From: Azolla caroliniana
Taxonomy: Eukaryota > Plantae > Polypodiophyta
Direction of reading: 5' to 3'
DNA: 64,000 nucleotides
Assembly: GCA_043228905.1 (NCBI GenBank)
Contig: JBHGNT010000002.1
Span: 2,418,001-2,482,000 of the forward strand
The notes below the pieces were generated by a model that saw nothing but the letters and a program-made list of their open reading frames with translations, was not told the DNA's origin and did no database searches. Position numbers and translations under genes: made by a program. Below are positions 12,056 to 24,456 of the stretch, piece after piece (within the stretch, counting starts at the first letter, position 1; every line of letters begins with the position of its first letter).

Positions 12056-12466
12056 TGTTAATAATTAGGTAATTAACTAAGGGTTAATTAGTGACTTATT
12101 ATGTGAGTATTGATAAAGCAACAGAAGATTATGTGATTTGTGTGTGTATGTGTGTGAGAGGAAGATACACTTATGAACAATAATATAAATTGGGGATGAT
12201 TAATGAGAGTGTATATTAAAAAGCATCATCAAATACAAAAATACCCATAGTGAGGTATATATACATCTCATGTGTGAGTAGAGTATAGGTACAAAGGTGT
12301 AAGTCTTATATTAAATGAACATGGGAGTGGAGGATCTACAATGTATCCCACTCAAGTACAAAATCCTATTTAAGGCAGGTCAACACACTAACTAGATTTT
12401 ATCTAGGTAACTATGTTACGTGTGTTGGCTAATTAACTAAATCTAGTTGAGCTTGATATCTCAACA
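12056..12466 (-). repeat. 3' LTR of Copia A
   Basis: Plus strand TGTTAATAATTAGG...GATATCTCAACA, matching 24457-24879, with an adjacent PPT. Confidence 0.9.
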
Positions 12467-12699
12467 CACACCCTCAAGCTCAAGTGTGAGGCGTCCAATG
12501 TCCGCTTTCACTTTCGTCGGCTTTATCGGCTTCCGTCCGGCCTTCAACTTTCTTCGGCCTTTCCGAGGTAGTCTCGGTTCCTCCCCCTCAAGCTGGTGAC
12601 GAAGCCTTGTAGTGTGAAATGGGCGAAGGCCGACTACTTCTACCCATCGTGGGTCATGAGCTCTCGGGCACTTGTTTGACCGCTACCTTCATCGCAAAG

Positions 12700-13835
12700 G
12701 TATATGATGGGCCATATATTCGTTGTGGCCGAGCCGAGTGACGAGGTTCTTCTCTCTAGATGAAAGTTGATGTTTTTCGTTTGCCGAATGGAACATTGCC
12801 GATGTGCCGAATGGGATGTGTGGTGTCGTCTCCCGTCTCTATGAAATCAGGTCGATCCGGCATTCTTAGGTCACGAAACCACTCTTGGTGTGACGTCAGA
12901 TGATGTGAGGCACCGGAGTCGACGAATCACACGTTTTCCGAGTTGGAGGTGCTTGTGGAGTCAGAGGCCGTCATAGAGTTCTCTCTATGTCTCATTACGA
13001 ATAGTCCACCGTAGTCTTCGTATTCGGAGTTGGTGACATAGTTTGTGAGTTGTCAGCTTGTCAAACCCGACTCACTTCGCTTCTCTTCGCGATGCCGATT
13101 TTGCCGCAATAGTTGCAAGTAATGGGCCACGTTTGCCGACTTTGTTCGGCATGGAAGCTCCCCCTTCTTCCGAAGGTTCCTTGATGGCTTCCATCTTGTT
13201 GTCGAAGGTGTGAGTTCCCTTCGTGAGATGGGTCGAATCGACCTTTTCTACCACCTCCACCTCGTCCTTGGCCACCATCCGAATTAGAGAAGAACATTTG
13301 TCCTTCCGACGACTTGGTCTTGGTTCAAACGTGGTTCTCTTCAACCAATAACATTGATTGGAGGGTCGAAGAACGAAGCCTGAAGGTTATCCTTATTAAG
13401 ATTGTCGTCCTTAACGGGTCAAACTGTTGTGCAAGATAAGTTGATGGAGCCAAATGAGTCACAAATTCTCTTGATCTTGGCGGTGTAGTCCGACACAGAC
13501 ATATCTTTTTGTCGAATGTTGTTCAATTCTTGTCAGAGTTGAAGCTTACGAGCGATCGTATTGGAGGAGAACATCTTCTTCAAGTTCTCCCACACCTCTT
13601 TAGGTGTCTTGGCATCTTGAATGTGGCTAAGCATGTGGCCATGGACACATGTTGCCAAGCAATACATTACCCGACTCGCTCCTTGCTCCCACGTTGGGTA
13701 GTTGTCGTGTTTGGTTTCGAGTACGTCGTTGATGTAGCTCTAGTACCCTTGGCCGACAAGGTATTGGTTCATCTTATAATCCCAAGATGAATAATTGCTC
13801 CAGTCTAGCTTTTCACTAGGGAGCGAGCTACCCAT
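12700..13835 (-). pseudogene. Copia A gag-protease remnant
   Basis: Degenerate homolog of the Copia D gag: SSLPSEKLD, CNYCGK knuckle, FVDSGASHHLT. Confidence 0.8.
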
Positions 13836-14875
13836 TTGTGTTCATGTTGTTGTAATGTCTTCCTTTTTTGCTTTTCTTCCTTCGGTCACGTACACGTTGT
13901 CCTGAAGATTTTTGGCAAAGCTGTGAAAATCGCGTGGAATCGAGAAGGTGTAATGTGCACACAAATGAAAGGGGTGATGGTTACACTCATACGTTAGCAT
14001 GTTGTAAATATAAATGTAATGAGAACACCTAAAGTCTATTTTCATTTTCAAGCATACGAAGGGGTGCAAGTATTGAACCTTGCCCCTCCAGGATAGAAGA
14101 CAATTGACTTACCATTAGGTTAAGTTATTTCTATCTTGGAGGTGCAAGGTTCAATATTGTTTCGTTAGATCATCATTATGTTTTTCACATGTAAATGCCC
14201 ATACATGGGAGCATGAGATACATGGTCATCATGCATCGATGCATAAGCGCCAAATGCCAATCATGCATTTCATGCATTGTATGCATGTCTTACACCCTCA
14301 CATGCACATATCCATGGGGGCATCTATATAAGTGGGAATCAATCGATGAATCAAAGGGGGGAAGCTATGTATTGAATAAACATCTTAATATTAAAAAACT
14401 TACTTATCTTATTGGTGACTTGTCTTGTTTCTCAACATTGATGCCAAGGGTTCAAACCCGGAACTGGAATTTCCATCCATCTATCTATCTATCTTAAACA
14501 CTTCCTCAATTCCCGTCTCTCTCTCTCACACACACAACCACATTAGTGCGTCACTTCGGCTACTACAATTTCATTTCGTGTGGTCATTCACTCTATCTCT
14601 GGAATTCTCTTCAAGAAGGAAATAGCACTGGCAAAGATCATTTCGCCATCGTTGTCGCCGCCCGATAAACATTGTGCACCACCACAATTAAGTTGCCTAC
14701 ACATCAATCCACCGAACCGCGCCGCTAATTCTAGTTCGGGTGCGTCTTCGACAACAAAGAACAACTCGACCATAAACCTAAAACAGCCAATTCATCTCCT
14801 CCATAACCACTAGCGGATAGAGGCCCGATGCTTGTCCGCGTCTGTGTGACGCGCACATCGCGACGTTTGGCATGT

Positions 14876-15624
14876 TGACGAGAACTCAACGCTCCCTATG
14901 CACAACGCTCGGCCACAACCGAGCTTAGAATCATACACAGAAAACGGGAATGAATGCACGACACAAGAGAAGAGACAAGTACGCAGGATGTTTACATGGA
15001 AAACCCTAACTAAGGGAAAAACCACGGCAGCCCACAGGCTGCAAACTATCACTATGCTAGAATGTACAACAGTGAGTTCACGGAGGCAATGACCTCGTGC
15101 TCACAATCCTCGCCACAGGCAGCGATTACAACAGAGGCAACGACCTCTTTCTCTCTATTACTCTGTACACAGTTACACACTCTCTCTCTCCTTGCACCAA
15201 CAAGAAAATAACAACCACAGACTAAAAGTTTGCCCTAAGTCATATTTATACTAATATGACTTTTCGGCTATTTACAAATATAGTCATGATGGACTCTCAG
15301 AAACATATTTACAAATATGTCTCTTCATCCGAAGAGCGCTCCTCACCGGGCCTGCATCATCCGGATCTTGTCGGGCACTCGTCATCCGGTTCTCATCGGG
15401 TCTGCACCATCCGGCTCTCCGTAGCCGAGTACTCCTCATCCGGTTCTCACCGGGTCTACACCATCCGGCTCTCCGTAGCCGGGTACTCCTCATCCGGTTC
15501 TCACCTGGTCTGCACCATCCGGCTCTCCGTAGACGGGTACTCCTCATCCGGTTTCGGCCTCGGCCGAGTTTGCTCATCGGCACTGTTCTTCTCTCTTCCA
15601 TCCGGAGGGACCTGTCTCCCAACA
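14876..15624 (-). mobile_element. Solo LTR C inserted in the 5' LTR of B
   Basis: TG...CA ends and 5-bp TSD CATGT (14871-14875, 15625-15629). The sister LTR has the empty site CACGT. Minus-strand TATAAAT near 15250. Confidence 0.82.
15382..15553. repeat. 54-bp tandem repeat, about 3 copies, inside solo LTR C
   Basis: TCATCCGGTT starts at 15382, 15436, 15490 and 15544. Confidence 0.9.
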
Positions 15625-15682
15625 CATGTGTGTCACGCGCCACGCGACATCTATTTGGTGAACCCGACATGAACAACACAAG

Positions 15683-16573
15683 GTGGTAATGGGGGCATCG
15701 CGAATGATGGATGTGATCTTGGATGCATACGACTTAGAGGAGTCGATAAGAATAGAAGGTGGTTTGAGGCTCATGATGCTTCCATTTGTAAGGAAGGCCA
15801 TCGAAATGATGTTTCATGATGATAAGGATAGAGCGTTGGAGTATCTCAAGTTGGCAAGGCAAGTCAAAAGACTATATCTAGAAATTCTAGATTGGTATGA
15901 AGCGGTTCTGACGTCAAGATTCGGGCCTAAACCTTTTTATGGTTTTCTCGATGGTGACGACGATGAAGATGATCGAGATCGGCATAGTTGCGGTTGTGAA
16001 GAGACATGTGACGAAGAACAAGGCTTTGAAGAGAGAGATCAAGATCGACACGCCTATGGTCGTTACAAGGATCGTTGCAAACTCGACAAAGGAGAAACAT
16101 GTGACGAAGAACGTGGACTCAAGAGGGAAGATCGAGAAGGATGTGATAATGTCTTATGGAACGAAGAACATGCGTTCGACGGGAATGGCCAAGATACTCA
16201 AGGATGTGATCGTGAAGAGATGTGCCACAAAGAATGTGGGTTCATGGGAAAAGACCAAGATACTCAAATATGCGGTCGTGAAGAGACATGTGACAAAGAA
16301 CGTGGGGTGGAGTGGAAGGACCAAGATACTCAAGGATGCAATCTTGAAGAGAGATGTGATGAAGAACGTGGACTCAAGAGGCAAGACCGAGAAGGATACG
16401 ATAATGAAGAGACATGGAACGAAGAACATGCGTTCGAGGGGAAAGACCAAGATACTCAAGGATGCAGTCATGAAGAGACATGTGACAAAGAATGTGGGCT
16501 TGAGGAGAAACATCAAGATCTACACGGTTATGAAAAAGACAAAGATCATTACAAACTCACAAAGAGTGCTTGA
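15683..16573 (+). CDS. Acidic Cys-containing repeat ORF of element B (probably a pseudogene; continues after the Copia D insertion)
   Basis: 296-aa ORF just after the PBS, with repeats of about 21 aa such as ETCDEERGLKREDREGC and ETCDKERGVEWKDQDTQGC. Confidence 0.55.
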   Translation: MVMGASRMMDVILDAYDLEESIRIEGGLRLMMLPFVRKAIEMMFHDDKDRALEYLKLARQVKRLYLEILDWYEAVLTSRFGPKPFYGFLDGDDDEDDRDRHSCGCEETCDEEQGFEERDQDRHAYGRYKDRCKLDKGETCDEERGLKREDREGCDNVLWNEEHAFDGNGQDTQGCDREEMCHKECGFMGKDQDTQICGREETCDKERGVEWKDQDTQGCNLEERCDEERGLKRQDREGYDNEETWNEEHAFEGKDQDTQGCSHEETCDKECGLEEKHQDLHGYEKDKDHYKLTKSA

Positions 16574-16588
16574 AATATACAAGGTTAT

Positions 16589-19500
16589 TGTAGAAAGTAG
16601 CGTGCGGAAGCAAGTATGAAGACCGAACAGAAGAGAGGAAACTCAGGTTTAATGGAGAGCTTGAGCTTACACGGTATACGCAGGAGAGACAGAGAGAGAG
16701 TAAGAGAGAGAGAGAAGACACAAGAACTATATTCAACAACAACTCAAATCTCTATTCACCACTCTATACACATGTGTGTTCCATGAAAACTTTTATACAA
16801 GTCCTCGAAGGACTGACCAAAGTACTGACAGTACTTCAAGGCTCATTAAGAGCTCCTACACTAATTCCCAAATATATTCCTCACGGAATATCTTTCCTAA
16901 CGACCTCCCGGTTTACGCACTCGGCCTAACCGATCGGTCCCAACCGATTCGGTCGATGTTGAGCTTGTCTCTCAACACTCCCCCTCAAGCTCAACTCGAG
17001 GCTCTTCGGGATCTTCACAGCGCCGGTTCCTCTTGGCTTCACGCCTCGCTCGCGCTCCTCGACCTATTCGACTCCGCGCGCTTTGACCCTTCCGGTCGGC
17101 TTGTCTGCTCATGTGGCCCTTATCAGCTCTTCTGCTGTTGCGGTGTTGACGCTTCTCCTACTGCCTTTTCTTCCACTTGGGCCTTGGTTGATTCAGCATG
17201 TCTGAATCAAACATCCGAACCGACTCGGCTACCTCCGATCAGTTTTCGCTCTCGTCCGAGTTGGTTGTCTCCAACTCGTCTTCGGTCTTCTCGCCTTCGA
17301 TGGCGTCATCTTCCCCATGCGTGGTTGGCTTCGGCTCTCTCCTTCGGTTGCTCCCCTTCTGTCTACTTCCGAACTTTTCCGCGCATCCGCCCTCGACTTC
17401 TTCAGCCGATCCGAAGTCGAACTCGACAACCGACTCGGTGTCGCGGTCTCCGCTCCTTTCCTGTTGCCTTGCTTGGTTGTTCGGGACTGTTCTCCCCCTC
17501 AAGTTCGGCACATCGAGGTGACGCAATCCGAGCGCACCTGAGAATTGCCGCAACTTGTCCAGACCAAGAGGCTTGGTGAAGATGTCGGCAGCCTACCGAT
17601 CCGTCGGAACGTACTGAAGTTCGACTTCACCGGAAAGGACACGCTCACGGACGAAATGGTAGTGCACCTCAATGTGCTTGGTCTGTGCGTGGAAGACGGG
17701 GTTCTTCGCGAGTTGGATGCTGATGAGGTTGTCGCAGTAGATCGTCGTTGGATCGGTCACCTCCTCTTGCAGGTCCTTAAGTAGCCGCTTCAACCATATG
17801 GCTTCGCATGTCGCGACAGCTGCTCCTCGGTACTCGGCTTCGGTGCTCGACAGTGCAACTGTCGGCTGCTTCTTACTGCTCCACGTGATCGTGGCACTCC
17901 CGAGGGAGAATGCGTATCCAGACGTGGATCGGCGATCGGCGGCATTGCCAACCCAATCAGCATCGGTGTAGCCGACTAACTCCGCGGCTACACCGGTCCG
18001 ATATAGCAGTCCACGGTCCTTAGTGCCGCTTACGTACTGAAGTACGCATTGCGCACACTGAAGGTGCTCCTCGGTAGGTCGCGCCATAAACTGACTGATC
18101 ACTCCGATCGGATAACTGAGGTCGGGTCGGGTGATGGTCAAGTATATGAGGCTTCCAACAATTTGTCAGAACCTCCTCGAGTCGCATACCTTTCCCGTAT
18201 CGAGACGAAGCTTGACGGTACTATCCAGAGGAGTCAAGACGGACTTACAGGCTGCCATCCCGAATTTGAAGAGCATACTCAACACGTAATGGCGTTGGCT
18301 GATCAATATGCCTTCGGGGGAACGGATCACTTCGATCCCGAGGAAGTAATGAAGGTCCCCCAGATCCTTCATGTCGAACCATGCCGCAAGCTGAAGCTTC
18401 ACGCGGTCGATTTCACCTAGGTCGGCGCCGGTGATGACCAAGTCATCAACATACAGTAAAATACTAACCGGTCCGAGTCGATCTTTCCGGACGAACAGGG
18501 AAGAGTCCGATTTTGACGTGACAAAGCCCATCCGACGCAGTTGTTGCGTGATCTTCGCGTTCCAGGCACACGGGGCTTGCTTCAGTCCATAAAGGGACTT
18601 CTTCAGTTGGCATATTGCCGAGGAGTTCATTCCAGAGTGAAATCCGGGGGGTTGTACCATGTACACCTGTTCCTCAAGGTCACCTTGCAAGAACGCATTC
18701 TTTACATCCATCTGATGTAGGTGCCACCCCTTGTCCGTGGCTACTGCGAGCAAAACACGGACGGTCGTCATTTTCGCGACCGGCGCAAACGTCTCATCGT
18801 AGTCGATGCCGTGTTTCTGCGCGTAGCCCTTTGCCACTAGCCGAGCCTTGTATCGGTTGACCGAGCCATCAGTGTTGTACTTGACTTTGTACACCCATCT
18901 ACACCCGATCGGCTTCACACCCTTCGGTGCATCAACCAAGTCCCAGGTCTCGTTCTCCGCCAATGCGTGCATCTCTTCCTCCATCGCGGTGCGCCAATTC
19001 GCGTCTTTAGCCGCTTCTGCGTAGCTCTCCGGCTCACGCACTTCCGCTACACAGGTCATGTACGCTTAATGATGCGCCATGTACTCATTGTATCCGAACC
19101 GCAAAACAGGATTCTTCTAGCGGGTAGATCGGCGTAATCTCACATTAGCCGATGTCGAGGCCTTCTCGGTCGACGCGGTCTTCAGCTTTAAAGACCCGTC
19201 AACGGTTCCCTCGGAGTCGGACTCGCGTCGGTCTGACTCGTTCTTATCCGTGCCGGAATCCAACACCTTCTTCTTCCCTTTCTCTTTGCGCGTAAGCCAT
19301 CTCCTCGGCTTCCTGCGCAGGGAATGCACGGCCGAGTCTCCACTACTCGCCGGCTCTTCATCGGACTGGTCGTACCGACTCAGTCATCCAATCGGTCCAC
19401 TTAAACGGAGCAAATCGGACTCTCTTCGCGGGTCTTGATTTCAGGCTCATCCGGAGCCATCTCGGCCTTGCTGACCTCATCGTCAGAGCTCGGATTGGAG

Positions 19501-21908
19501 TCGAGGTTCGTAGTCGGGGGCAGGTACCAGGACGCGGACTCATCAAACACAACGTCGCGGCTGACACGCGCTTGTTTGGTGCGAGGGTTATAACACTTGT
19601 AACCCTTCTGCTCGTCCGAGTAACCGACCAAGATGCATTTCTCGGCCTTTGCGTTCAGCTTCCTCCTTTTCTCCTTCGGTATATGCACATACGCAATGCT
19701 ACCGAATACCCTCAAGTGTCGCAAGTTCGGCTTCGTTCCGAAATATAGCTCGTGCGCCGACACTTTGTCTCCGATCCGGTTTTGGATGTATACCGCGGTC
19801 CTTACCGCCTCGCCCCAGTAGAACTTGGGCAAGCTCTTCTCCTCCAGCATTGCCCGTGCCGCTTCCACAACTGACCGATTCTTCCTCTCGGCCACGCCAT
19901 TCTGCTCTGGCGTGTATCTACAACTGAATTCATGCCGAATTCCCATTTGTTGTAGATAACCGTTGAATTGACCGGAAAAGTACTCTTTCCCGCCATCCGA
20001 CCGCAAGCACTTGATCTTTCGTCCCGTTTCGGCTTCCACGAACCGTTTGAGGTCCCGGAAACAGTCGAAGACTTCGCTCTTCCTCTCAATGAGGTAGATC
20101 CATGTGTGCCGCGTGTGGTCGTCGATGAAGGAGACGAAATATCGGCTCCCGCCAAGACTAACGTTTTGTGCCGGCCCCCACACATCGGAGTGTATAAGGT
20201 CGAGCTTGTTCCGGCGCCGGTTTCGCTCGTTGGGGAAGGGAAGTCGGTGTTGCTTCCCAAGCTGGCAGGCTTCATAAATTTGTGGCTTTCGGCCACTAAA
20301 TTTGGGCAATCCGAACACTACCTGTTTCGTTTGCAGGTCTTGAAGCCGCTGGTAGTTAACGTGTCCTATCCGCTTATGCCACAAGTCGATGTCCGACTCG
20401 GTTTTTCCTCCCTTTGCGAACATTGCGGTGCCGCCGTCAGTGGAGTCGAGGATGGACATCCTCTCGTCTCTGCGCCCTTGCGCAATCACACGGCCTTCTT
20501 CCTCAATGAAGCACCCAAGGTGTGTAAACCGAACCTCCATCCCTTGGTCAACGATCTGTCCGACCGAGACTAGGTTTTTCGTGATTGTCAGAACGTGCAG
20601 CATGTTCATGAGTTTCCCTTTCTGCCCGACATGGCTAAGGGGAACTTCTCCGACATTCGCGATCGGATGCGGAGTGTCGTCTCCCGTTGCGACTACTCCA
20701 GGTTGTATCGGTTTTTCAAGGTACGAGAACCACTCCTTATGGATCGTCATGTGGTTTGACGCGCCGGAGTCTACGTACCACACCTCGTCCGATCTCGGGG
20801 TGCTCTGTTTCATTGAGTTTGCTTCGTGTCTCATCACGAAGACAGACCCTTCTCCAGCTCTCCCGGAGTCTTTGGCGTAGTGCAATCGCTGCCGATTTCC
20901 CTTGTCGATATGTCTGGAGTCGTTCCCGGAACTAGTTCTCTCCGAATCGGCGCGCTTCTTCCAGCACTCACTTTCCCTGTGGCCTTTCTTGCCACAGTAC
21001 CAGCACTCCGCGATGGATTTCCCTTGCCAGTTCTCTTCACTTCGACTTCCCCTGTTTCCGGAGGGTCCAGAGTTGCTGTCGGCATCACTTTGGTGCCTTC
21101 TTCCTTGATCTCGTCGGCCGCCTTCATTGCGCCCCGACTCGCCTCGTCCTCCACGTCCACGGGGCCTATCTCCCTCCGTGTACAGCATTCTACTGTCGGT
21201 GTGCGTGCTTGTAGACGCACCCGCGTGGTTCTCCTCTACCAGGAGCATCGACTGTAAGTCGAAAAAGGACGACGTATTCTCCCGGGTACACACAGCTGTT
21301 CGGAACGCTCCGAACTTCAACGCCAAACCTCCGAGACAGATCTGGACCATCTCGCTCTCCTCAATGTTCACCTCTATGGAGGCGAGGGAGTCACAGATAT
21401 CCTTGATCTTCGAGGTATAGTCCGCCACCGACAAGTCGCGTTGTCGTAGGTTGCTCAACTCCTGTCGGAGCTTAAGCTTCCTGGTTGTGGTGCTCGCGGT
21501 GAAAATCTTCTTCAGATTTTCCCACGCACCCTTCGGCGTCTTTGCATCCCGAACATAGCTCAATAGTTGTTCGCCCACACACGACGCAAAGTAGTACAAT
21601 ACCCTGCTCGTTGATTGCTCCCACGACGGGAAGTCTCTGTGTGTCGATTCGGGTGCCGCGTCATTAGCTCCTTCGACATAACTCCAGTAGCCGTGTCCGA
21701 GCAGGTACTGGTGCATCTTGTAGGACCAAGACGCGTAGTTGGTTCTGTCGAGCTTCTCTGTTGGAAGCGAGCTCGCCATGCCTCTATCCATCGTTCTTCT
21801 TGTTCTTCTTCGTCAAGTTGTGTCGGCTGCAGAGAGGTTCTCAACCCTCGTGCTCTGATACGCACTCGGCCTAACTGATCCGGTCGATGTTGAGCTTGTC
21901 TCTCAACA
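16589..21908 (-). mobile_element. Copia element D: near-complete gag-pol, 5' LTR mostly deleted
   Basis: 3' LTR 16589-16977; 5' LTR remnant 21859-21908; truncated iMet PBS 21852-21861; TSD GTTAT/ATTAT; gag-PR-INT-RT-RH order. Confidence 0.93.
17500..21791 (-). pseudogene. Copia D gag-pol
   Basis: CWYCGKKGH knuckle, WYVDSGAS, GAG-pre-integrase LWHKRIGH, integrase HSDVWG/RSDGG/PEQNGVAERKN, RT QMDVKNAF and YVDD, RNase H YTDADW and TKHIEVHYH. One frameshift near 19400 and a few stops. Confidence 0.93.
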
Positions 21909-23359
21909 ATTATGATCGTGACAAAGATTACTGCAAACACAAGAGGAGGAACCAATGTTGAGCTCTTCACGATTGAGCTAATGAAAAAGCACTTGACGAA
22001 AGTCATGACAGTGAGTGTAGTTGGGATCAAGACTCTCATGGTTTAGATTTTGATGACAAGTATGATAGGTTTAATGAGAGCCACGAACAAGAGAAGAAGT
22101 TAGGAAGAGATGAAAACTTTACATTTAAACGTAATGACGGTGATGATAATAACGATACGCATGATTTAGGGCTTGATGATAGTAAGGAAGAGTGTAGAGA
22201 ATGAGTGCCATGAGAAGAATGAGGGTTATGATGATAAAAATTTGTGCACTTTCTGTGGATATGGTTATGATAAGGGTAATGATGAGAGTGAGAGTGACGA
22301 AGAGGAATTGTGTGTTTTAGGTTGCATTTGGTTTCTTCGGGATAGATTTTATAAGAGTTTCACTAGATCAAATGGTGACATTCATGAGGGCATCCATTAT
22401 GAAAATAGAATAGGGGTTTGTGATGATGAGGACGTTTTACAAAAATATGTACATGATGATGTGGGGTTACATAATGATCACATGGGTATAAGTAAGGGAA
22501 ATCTAGAAAATGTTATTTGGGACGTGTCTAATGATGATGTTGATGTTGTGAGTATATGTGGGAAGGATAGTCCAGTAATATTGAGGATAATCTAGAAAAT
22601 GCTATGATGGTTTGGGATGTGTATAATGATAATGTTGGTGTTGTGAGTGTGTGTGGGAAGGATGAGTTTAGGGTAGATGATATTGAATATGATGGTTATC
22701 TCATGATAAATGATTTGGTGATTAAAGATATACTTAACTCAAAGGATGATGATGATGTAAGTATAATTAACATTGAGGTTGGTATTGAAGAAGATGATAT
22801 TGTGTTAAAATGGATGGTTATTACTTATAAAGAAGAAAGGAAAGAAGTGATTATGAGGACTACCCATGGGAAGGAAGGGAAAGATGCATCAAGATGTTGG
22901 GATGTCCAACTAAACAGAGGAGGTTGTATTGCCAACATTTCCATCTCCCATCTCAAAGAAAAAGATTGGCTAATTAGAAGAAGCACTCGGTTTTTAGATT
23001 CGGTTCGACAAGACACATCAACTGCGCTCCAAGAGGATCAAAGAAGGAGGTTGGGTATTGTTCTACAAACAGCTTTGGCAACCAACACAGGACGACAATA
23101 AAGTTCGCAAGAAGGTGGTTCCGATCATATGTGGAGCGAGATGGATCAAGGTTGGCCATACCCATTACAAGGAAACGATCTTCCAGAAAAGACAAGTTGA
23201 GGGTCCTGAGCTCGATGACCTCAACAATGAAGATAGTAAGGTGGAACCCACAAACATGAGCGAGGTCAACGAGGACGTGGAAGAATCTCACACCGTAGCC
23301 GAAATCTCACACTCTTTTCTTGTCACGTACCAAAGGATGTGCGGTTTGGTGGGGGTGGA

Positions 23360-24334
23360 TGTCGTGAAAATTTTCGGCAACAATGTGAAAATCGCATGGA
23401 ATCGAGGTGTAATGTGCACACGAATGAAAGGGGTGATGGTTACACTCATACATTAGCATGTTGTGAATATAAATGTAATGAGAACACCTAAAGCCTATTT
23501 TCATTTTCAAGCATACGAAGGGGTACAAGTATTGAACCTTGCACCTCCAAGATAGAAGAAAACTGACTTACCATTAGGCTAAGTTATTTCTTTAGATCTT
23601 CATTATGTTTTTCACATATAAATGCTCATACATGAGAGCATGAGGTACATGGTCATCATGTATCACATGTGATACATGAGCACCAAATGTCAATCATGCA
23701 TCGCATGCATTTCATGCATTGTATGCATGTCTTACACCCTCACATGCACATATGCATGGGGGCATCTATATAAGTGGGAATCAATTGATGAATCAAAGGG
23801 GGAAAGCTATGTATTGAATCAACATCTTAATATTAAAAAACCTACTTATCTTATTGGTGACTTGTCTTGTTTCTCAACATTGATGTTAAGGGTTCAAACC
23901 CGGAATTGGAATTTCCATCCATCTATCTATCTATCCTAAACACTTCCTCAATTCCCGTCTCTCTCTCTCACACACACAACCACATTAGTGCGTCACTTCG
24001 GCTACTACAATTTCATTTTGTGTGGTCATTCACTCTATCTCTTGAATTCTCGTCAAGAAGGAAATAGCACTGGCAAAGATCATTTCGCCGTCGTCGTCGC
24101 CCGATAAACGTTGCGCACCACCACAATTAAGCTACCTACACGTCAATCCACCGCACTGCGCCGCTGATTCTAGTTCGGGTGCGTCTTCAACAACAAAGAA
24201 CAACTCGACAATAAACCTAAAACAGCCAATTCATCTCCTCCATAACCACGAGCGGATAGAGGCCCGATGCTTGTCCGCGCCTGTGTGACACACACATCGC
24301 GACGTTTGGCACGTGTGTCACGCGCCACGCGACA
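23360..24334 (+). repeat. 3' LTR of element B
   Basis: Starts TGTCGTG after the PPT, ends CGCGACA, and is followed by the TSD ACGT. Confidence 0.88.
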
Positions 24335-24456
24335 ACGTGCTACGTAGTGGCACTATGGTAGCAGATAGCCGGAGTTTGTTGTCGGGGTTTCAAACACACA
24401 ATCACGAAGAGTCGGGTGGGCTTGGTGGATGTGTTAAACCACACGCTCTGATACCA

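Larger units (their letters stand above)
13898..15649 (+). repeat. 5' LTR of element B (contains solo LTR C)
   Basis: 13898-14875 plus 15630-15649 align to 23360-24334. Confidence 0.88.
13898..24334 (+). mobile_element. Non-autonomous Gypsy-derived LTR element B (tRNA-Trp PBS, LTRs of about 1 kb)
   Basis: LTRs 13898-15649 (interrupted) and 23360-24334 with TGTC...GACA ends; PBS TGGTGAACCCGACATGAA at 15656-15673; PPT GGTGGGGGTGGA ending at 23359; 4-bp TSD ACGT; integrase C-terminal remnant at 23001-23140. Confidence 0.88.
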
